The notes beneath the pieces were generated by a model. It was not told the origin of the DNA. It did not search any database and worked only from the letters and a program-made list of their open reading frames with translations. A DNA stretch of 63,662 bases from positions 1 through 63,662 of the forward strand of contig JBQTGV010000179.1 of assembly GCA_052390515.1 (NCBI GenBank), in the 5' to 3' direction. This stretch comes from Candidatus Eiseniibacteriota bacterium (GTDB taxonomy: Bacteria; ARS69). How positions within the stretch are numbered: the stretch's first letter is position 1; the number at the start of each line of letters is the position of its first letter. Shown here piece by piece: positions 59,758 to 63,662 of the stretch. The position numbers were made by a program, and so were the translations under genes.

Positions 59758-60654
59758 ATGATCCGGGACGGCGACGGGAACGAGGCGGCCGCGACGCCGA
59801 TCGATCTCGATGGGATCTTCGGGTCGATCGAGGTCCCTTCCCTCCCCCAGGCAGCCTCCCGTCTCCTGCAGATGCTCCGCAACGACGAGCTGGCTCCCTC
59901 GGAACTTGCGCGGGTGCTCACCAGCGATCCAGGAATCGCGACTCGGATCCTCCGGGTCGTGAATTCCGCCGACGTGGGCCTCGCGCAGGAAGTCGGGGAC
60001 GTCCGTCTGGCCGTCTCTCTGCTCGGCGTGAACCGGATCCAGGCGCTCGTCGTCGGCCTCTCGGTCGCCGACGCGATCAAGGGGCGTTCCAAGGCCATCG
60101 ATCACGAGACGTTCTGGTGCGCCGCGCTGCAGCGCGGGGCCTTCGCCGAGGTGCTCGCCGGGAAGATCGCTCCGGGACAGGAGGGCGAAGCGTTCACCGG
60201 CGGCCTGCTGCAGGACATGGCCCAGTCCGTCCTGGTCGAGCAGCGCCCGGAGTACCTGCCGGTGCTCAAGCGCGCCGCCGCCTCGGGCCGGGAGCTGCAC
60301 GACCTCGAAGCGCAGATCCTGGGCTGGACGCACGCCCACGCCGGTGCCTGGCTGGCGCGCGCGTGGGGCCTTCCCGAGGTGCTCGTGTCCGCGATCGGTC
60401 TACATCACGCCGGCGTCGAAGAGCTGCGCACCCTCGACATCACTCGCTCGGCAACGGCGGCGGTCGCCGCCTCCGCCCACCTGCCCTACGCGGCCCCGTT
60501 CTGTGGCGAGCTCGGGCTCCCGCTGGAGTCTTACCCCGCCATCTGCAAGCAGACCGACAACGTGTGCCGCGGCCTGTCGGGGTTCTTCGGCGTTCGCAAA
60601 CCACGGCGCCTTCCGCTGCCGGCGGAGAGCGCGGCCGACGAGGAACCGCGCTAG
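59758..60654 (+). CDS. HDOD domain protein
   Basis: VPSLP, SDPGIATRILRVVNSA, AVSLLG, AFTGGLLQDMA, WGLP, HH. Confidence 0.9.
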   Translation: MIRDGDGNEAAATPIDLDGIFGSIEVPSLPQAASRLLQMLRNDELAPSELARVLTSDPGIATRILRVVNSADVGLAQEVGDVRLAVSLLGVNRIQALVVGLSVADAIKGRSKAIDHETFWCAALQRGAFAEVLAGKIAPGQEGEAFTGGLLQDMAQSVLVEQRPEYLPVLKRAAASGRELHDLEAQILGWTHAHAGAWLARAWGLPEVLVSAIGLHHAGVEELRTLDITRSATAAVAASAHLPYAAPFCGELGLPLESYPAICKQTDNVCRGLSGFFGVRKPRRLPLPAESAADEEPR

Positions 60655-60662
60655 TACCGAGG

Positions 60663-61553
60663 TCAGCGTCCCCCGCCGACGGATCGGCCAGGCTCGACAT
60701 GCACCACGACGTCCACGACCTGGAGCGGTGAGCCCTTCAGCCGGTCTGCGACCCCGTGCCCGATCGAGTGACCGTCGCGCACGCTCATCTCCGGATCCAC
60801 TTCCACGTGAACGTCCATCAGCAAGCCCAGTCCGCTCTTGCGCACTCGGCACTTCTCCACGGCCACGACTCCCGGCACCGAGCCGGCGATCGCCCGCGCC
60901 TCGGCCACGACGCTCTCGGGGACGGCCGCGTCCATGACCTCGGCGACGGCCGGGCGGAGGAGTCGGACGCCGTTCGCCACGATCACCACGCAGGCGAAGA
61001 GAGCCGCCCAGTCGTCCGCCGGCTCGAATCCCTCGCCTCCGATCAGCGCGACGCTGATCCCCACGAACGCCGCGGCCGAAGTCAACGCGTCGGACCGGTG
61101 GTGCAGGGCGTCGGCCTCGAGGGCGAGGCTCCCCAGCGCTCTCCCGGTCCGGTGCAGCCAGCGGTGCATGCCCTCTTTCAGGGCCACCACGCCCACGAGC
61201 ACCGGCAGCGTGTACCACGCGGGAGCATGGTGCGGCGTGCGGATCTCCCGGACCGACTGCCAGGCGATGAGGCCCGCCGCGGCGAGGAGGGTGAGCGCCA
61301 CGAGCACGCCGGCGATGGACTCGGCCTTGCCGTACCCGTAGGGGTGGGACCGGTCCGGTGGGCGGCGCGCGATGCGCAGCCCGCTCCAGACGATGAGCGA
61401 GGAGATCACGTCCAGCGTCGACTCGATCCCGTCGGCGACCAGGGCGTACGAGCTTCCCACGACGCCGACCGTGATCTTGACGACGGCCAGCACCAGGTTG
61501 AGCGCGAGGCTCACGCCGGACGCCCGCAGCCCCTCCTCGATCGCCTCGCCCAT
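60663..61553 (-). CDS. Cation diffusion facilitator family transporter (FieF-like)
   Basis: SYALVADGIES, HPYGYGKAE, HHRSD, DVHVEVD, VVHVEP. Confidence 0.93.
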   Translation of the reverse strand: MGEAIEEGLRASGVSLALNLVLAVVKITVGVVGSSYALVADGIESTLDVISSLIVWSGLRIARRPPDRSHPYGYGKAESIAGVLVALTLLAAAGLIAWQSVREIRTPHHAPAWYTLPVLVGVVALKEGMHRWLHRTGRALGSLALEADALHHRSDALTSAAAFVGISVALIGGEGFEPADDWAALFACVVIVANGVRLLRPAVAEVMDAAVPESVVAEARAIAGSVPGVVAVEKCRVRKSGLGLLMDVHVEVDPEMSVRDGHSIGHGVADRLKGSPLQVVDVVVHVEPGRSVGGGR

Positions 61554-61606
61554 CGGCCTGGATCTCCCGCCGTCGGCGTTCCGAGTATCGCGATTCGCCC
61601 GGAAAC

Positions 61607-61644
61607 GCGAAAGCCCCCCGACCGCAGGGGCCGAGGGGCCTCGC
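61607..61644 (-). terminator. Hairpin immediately downstream of tRNA-Asp
   Basis: GCGAGGCCCC...GGGGCTTTCGC stem followed by GTTTCC on the minus strand. Confidence 0.55.
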
Positions 61645-61645
61645 A

Positions 61646-61722
<77 letters not shown>

Positions 61723-61761
61723 GACGAAGCACTCCGGCCCGAAGGGCCGCAAAGCCCGGAG

Positions 61762-61790
61762 AACATACCAGAGGCCCTCCGGACCATCAA
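61762..61790 (-). promoter_or_regulatory. Putative sigma70 promoter of tRNA-Asp
   Basis: Minus strand reads TTGATG-N17-TATGTT. Confidence 0.6.
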
Positions 61791-61800
61791 GGGCACCACC

Positions 61801-63162
61801 CTAGGAGGTCTCGGGCCACCCTTCCGGGATGTCCTCGCGTCGGATACGGCGAGTCTCCGCACCCGGATAGTACGCGGCGAGGATCTCGCGGAAGGACGCG
61901 CCGGCGCGCGCGCGACCGATCGCCCCCATCTGACACATGCCGACGCCGTGCCCGTTGCCTCGACCCGTGACGGTCACGCGGTGGACACGCTCGCCTCGCC
62001 GCTCCACCTCGAGCTCGACGAGCACGCTGCGCAGGATGGAGCCGTCCGCCCGGCGCAGCACCCACCGGTTGCGGTCGCCGGGGACGCTCCACGAACCGGA
62101 CGTGGTGACGTACTCGATTTCCGCCGCCCTGCCCGACGGGTCTCTCCTCGCGACACGGACGTCGACGAGATCGCCCCGGACCAGACCCGGCGGGATCTCG
62201 AGCTGTGCGGGCACGTTCTCCCGGACGAGACGGGACAGCGTGGCTCCGTCCCAGGTCTCGCTCCAGGCGAAGTGCGGCGAGAACGAACACCACGAGCGGC
62301 CGTCGGCTCCGTCCGGTCCCCCGCGCAGCGAGGCGAACACCTGGCGATGCGGCCAGACGGCGGCGATGTCGCTGCGGTGGCCGCCGCAGGTCGACGAGTA
62401 GTACGCCTCGATGGGTCCGCCGCGGTCGGTGAGGACGAGTCCGGCCGTCTCGCGGATGGCGAGGTCGGCGACGGGGTCCTCCCCGCCCATGCCTTCGTAC
62501 ACCTGGTCCTGCACGCTGGCGTAGAGATCGAACGGCAGGCTCCGGTACTGGCCGAGCCGCTTCACCGTGTACGTCCTCGCGGCCACGGCCTGCGCCGCGA
62601 CCGCCTCCCGCTCCGCCTCGGGCCGCCCGCCGATCTCGCGGGGCACGACGCCGCGCAGGTATTCCTCGATCGGCAGCACGTTGACGACGAACAGGGAGTC
62701 CGCCCGTGACGAGAGCTCCAGCACTCCGCGCACGCGTCGCGATCCGACCACGAGGTCGCCGTCCTTCGCCGGGGTGACGCGCAGCGCCGCACCTTCGCGG
62801 AGGACGCGTCTGCTCCGATCGGCCACCAAGACCGAGGGCTCGTCGCCGGCGGAGATCACGAGCTTCGCCCCGGCGCCCGCCGCGACCTTCGCCCCCTCCC
62901 GGTCCTCGACGACGAGGCCCGACCGCGAGGACACGTCCACCTTTCCGCGCTCCCAGTGGAGGCCGATGCGCACGAGGAGATCCCCGGCGAAAGGCGGTTC
63001 CCCCCGCTCGTCGTCGCGCAGGGGCGGCGTGGCAGGCACGGGCGGAGGAGGGGCCGGCTCCGGACGGCTGGGTGCAGGGCTCGGCGGCGACGTGTGGATC
63101 GGCGGCCCGCCCGCGCAGCCGGCGAGCCACAGCGCCGCGACCGCCGCGGCCAGCCGCCTCAC
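61801..63162 (-). CDS. SpoIID/LytB domain lipoprotein (lytic transglycosylase-like)
   Basis: Lipobox LAGC; EEYLRGVVPRE, AQAVAARTY, DQVYEG, YSSTCGG, GHGVGMCQ.GA, ILAAYYPG. Confidence 0.92.
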   Translation of the reverse strand: MRRLAAAVAALWLAGCAGGPPIHTSPPSPAPSRPEPAPPPPVPATPPLRDDERGEPPFAGDLLVRIGLHWERGKVDVSSRSGLVVEDREGAKVAAGAGAKLVISAGDEPSVLVADRSRRVLREGAALRVTPAKDGDLVVGSRRVRGVLELSSRADSLFVVNVLPIEEYLRGVVPREIGGRPEAEREAVAAQAVAARTYTVKRLGQYRSLPFDLYASVQDQVYEGMGGEDPVADLAIRETAGLVLTDRGGPIEAYYSSTCGGHRSDIAAVWPHRQVFASLRGGPDGADGRSWCSFSPHFAWSETWDGATLSRLVRENVPAQLEIPPGLVRGDLVDVRVARRDPSGRAAEIEYVTTSGSWSVPGDRNRWVLRRADGSILRSVLVELEVERRGERVHRVTVTGRGNGHGVGMCQMGAIGRARAGASFREILAAYYPGAETRRIRREDIPEGWPETS

Positions 63163-63662
63163 GCGCGTCGGCCCGGGGTGATCTTCCCGAGGACCACGGG
63201 GCGGGACGCGCCGGTCGCGCCGGGCACGTTGCCGGGCCGGCCGAGCACGGTCTCGCGGGCCAGCACGGCGAAGGCCAGCGCTTCCTTCGCATCGGCGGAG
63301 AAACCCGCCACCTCCAGGGACGCCACGGTCAGCCCGTCCAGCTCGGCGGCGATCCGACGCATGAGCGTCAGGTTGTGGGCGCCGCCGCCGGACACGAGAA
63401 CTTCCCTGGCCTTGACCGCGGGGAGCACGTACTCGCGGATGGACCCGGCGATGGAAAGCGCGGTGAACTCGGTCAGCGTGGCCACCACGTCCTCGATGCG
63501 TTCCCCCCGCCGACCCCACTCCCCCAGCGTCAGCGCGACGAACCCCGCGCCGAAGACCTCGCGGCCGGTGGACTTGGGCGGTTTCTCGTAGAAGTAGGGA
63601 TGCTCCAGGAAGCCCTCCAGCAGATCCTCGTCGACCTCGCCCTGGGCGGCGAGCCGCCCTCC
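63159..63662 (-). CDS. anmK: Anhydro-N-acetylmuramic acid kinase, C-terminal part
   Basis: HPYF..PPKSTGREVFG, VSGGGAHN, KEALAFAVLA, GNVPGATGA; runs off the window end. Confidence 0.94.
   Translation of the reverse strand, partial: GGRLAAQGEVDEDLLEGFLEHPYFYEKPPKSTGREVFGAGFVALTLGEWGRRGERIEDVVATLTEFTALSIAGSIREYVLPAVKAREVLVSGGGAHNLTLMRRIAAELDGLTVASLEVAGFSADAKEALAFAVLARETVLGRPGNVPGATGASRPVVLGKITPGRRA

Overview
High-GC bacterial chromosomal window made mostly of core and metabolic genes. I saw no integrase, transposase, phage gene or CRISPR array. Four secreted proteins end in FlgD-Ig/T9SS-like C-terminal domains, and there are predicted outer-membrane barrels; this suggests a diderm FCB-related lineage such as Eisenbacteria, Krumholzibacteriota or Latescibacterota (inference only). 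Contents in order: tyrS (partial); M14 peptidase; PBP1A; rpmG-rpmB; a pyrimidine (deoxy)nucleoside catabolic operon alr-deoB-cdd-rpiB-deoC-pdp-TPR/SGNH with divergent mazG; CRTAC1-like lipoprotein; serS operon; three tandem large secreted B-repeat proteins; alginate-export-type barrel; Fpg/Nei, fabI, DinB, UDG; RsbU/RsbW/STAS partner-switching genes around a deoxyhypusine-synthase-like gene; a MITE-like element; an operon of single-chain homoaconitase, CitD-CitE fusion, CitF and transketolase; VIT-VWA with a divergent ECF sigma/anti-sigma pair; carAB; bacilliredoxin; VOC; HDOD; CDF; tRNA-Asp; SpoIID; anmK (partial). Most notable: (1) DeoC and RpiB both carry N-terminal helices resembling bacterial-microcompartment encapsulation peptides, with no shell genes in the window. 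(2) A fungal-type homoaconitase is translationally coupled to citrate-lyase-like genes. (3) The repeat-protein array shares an unrecognised six-Cys domain and has homogenised 3' ends. (4) A CTAG-bounded MITE sits in the stop codons of two convergent genes. (5) Candidate sigma28-like and ECF promoters can be read directly from the sequence.
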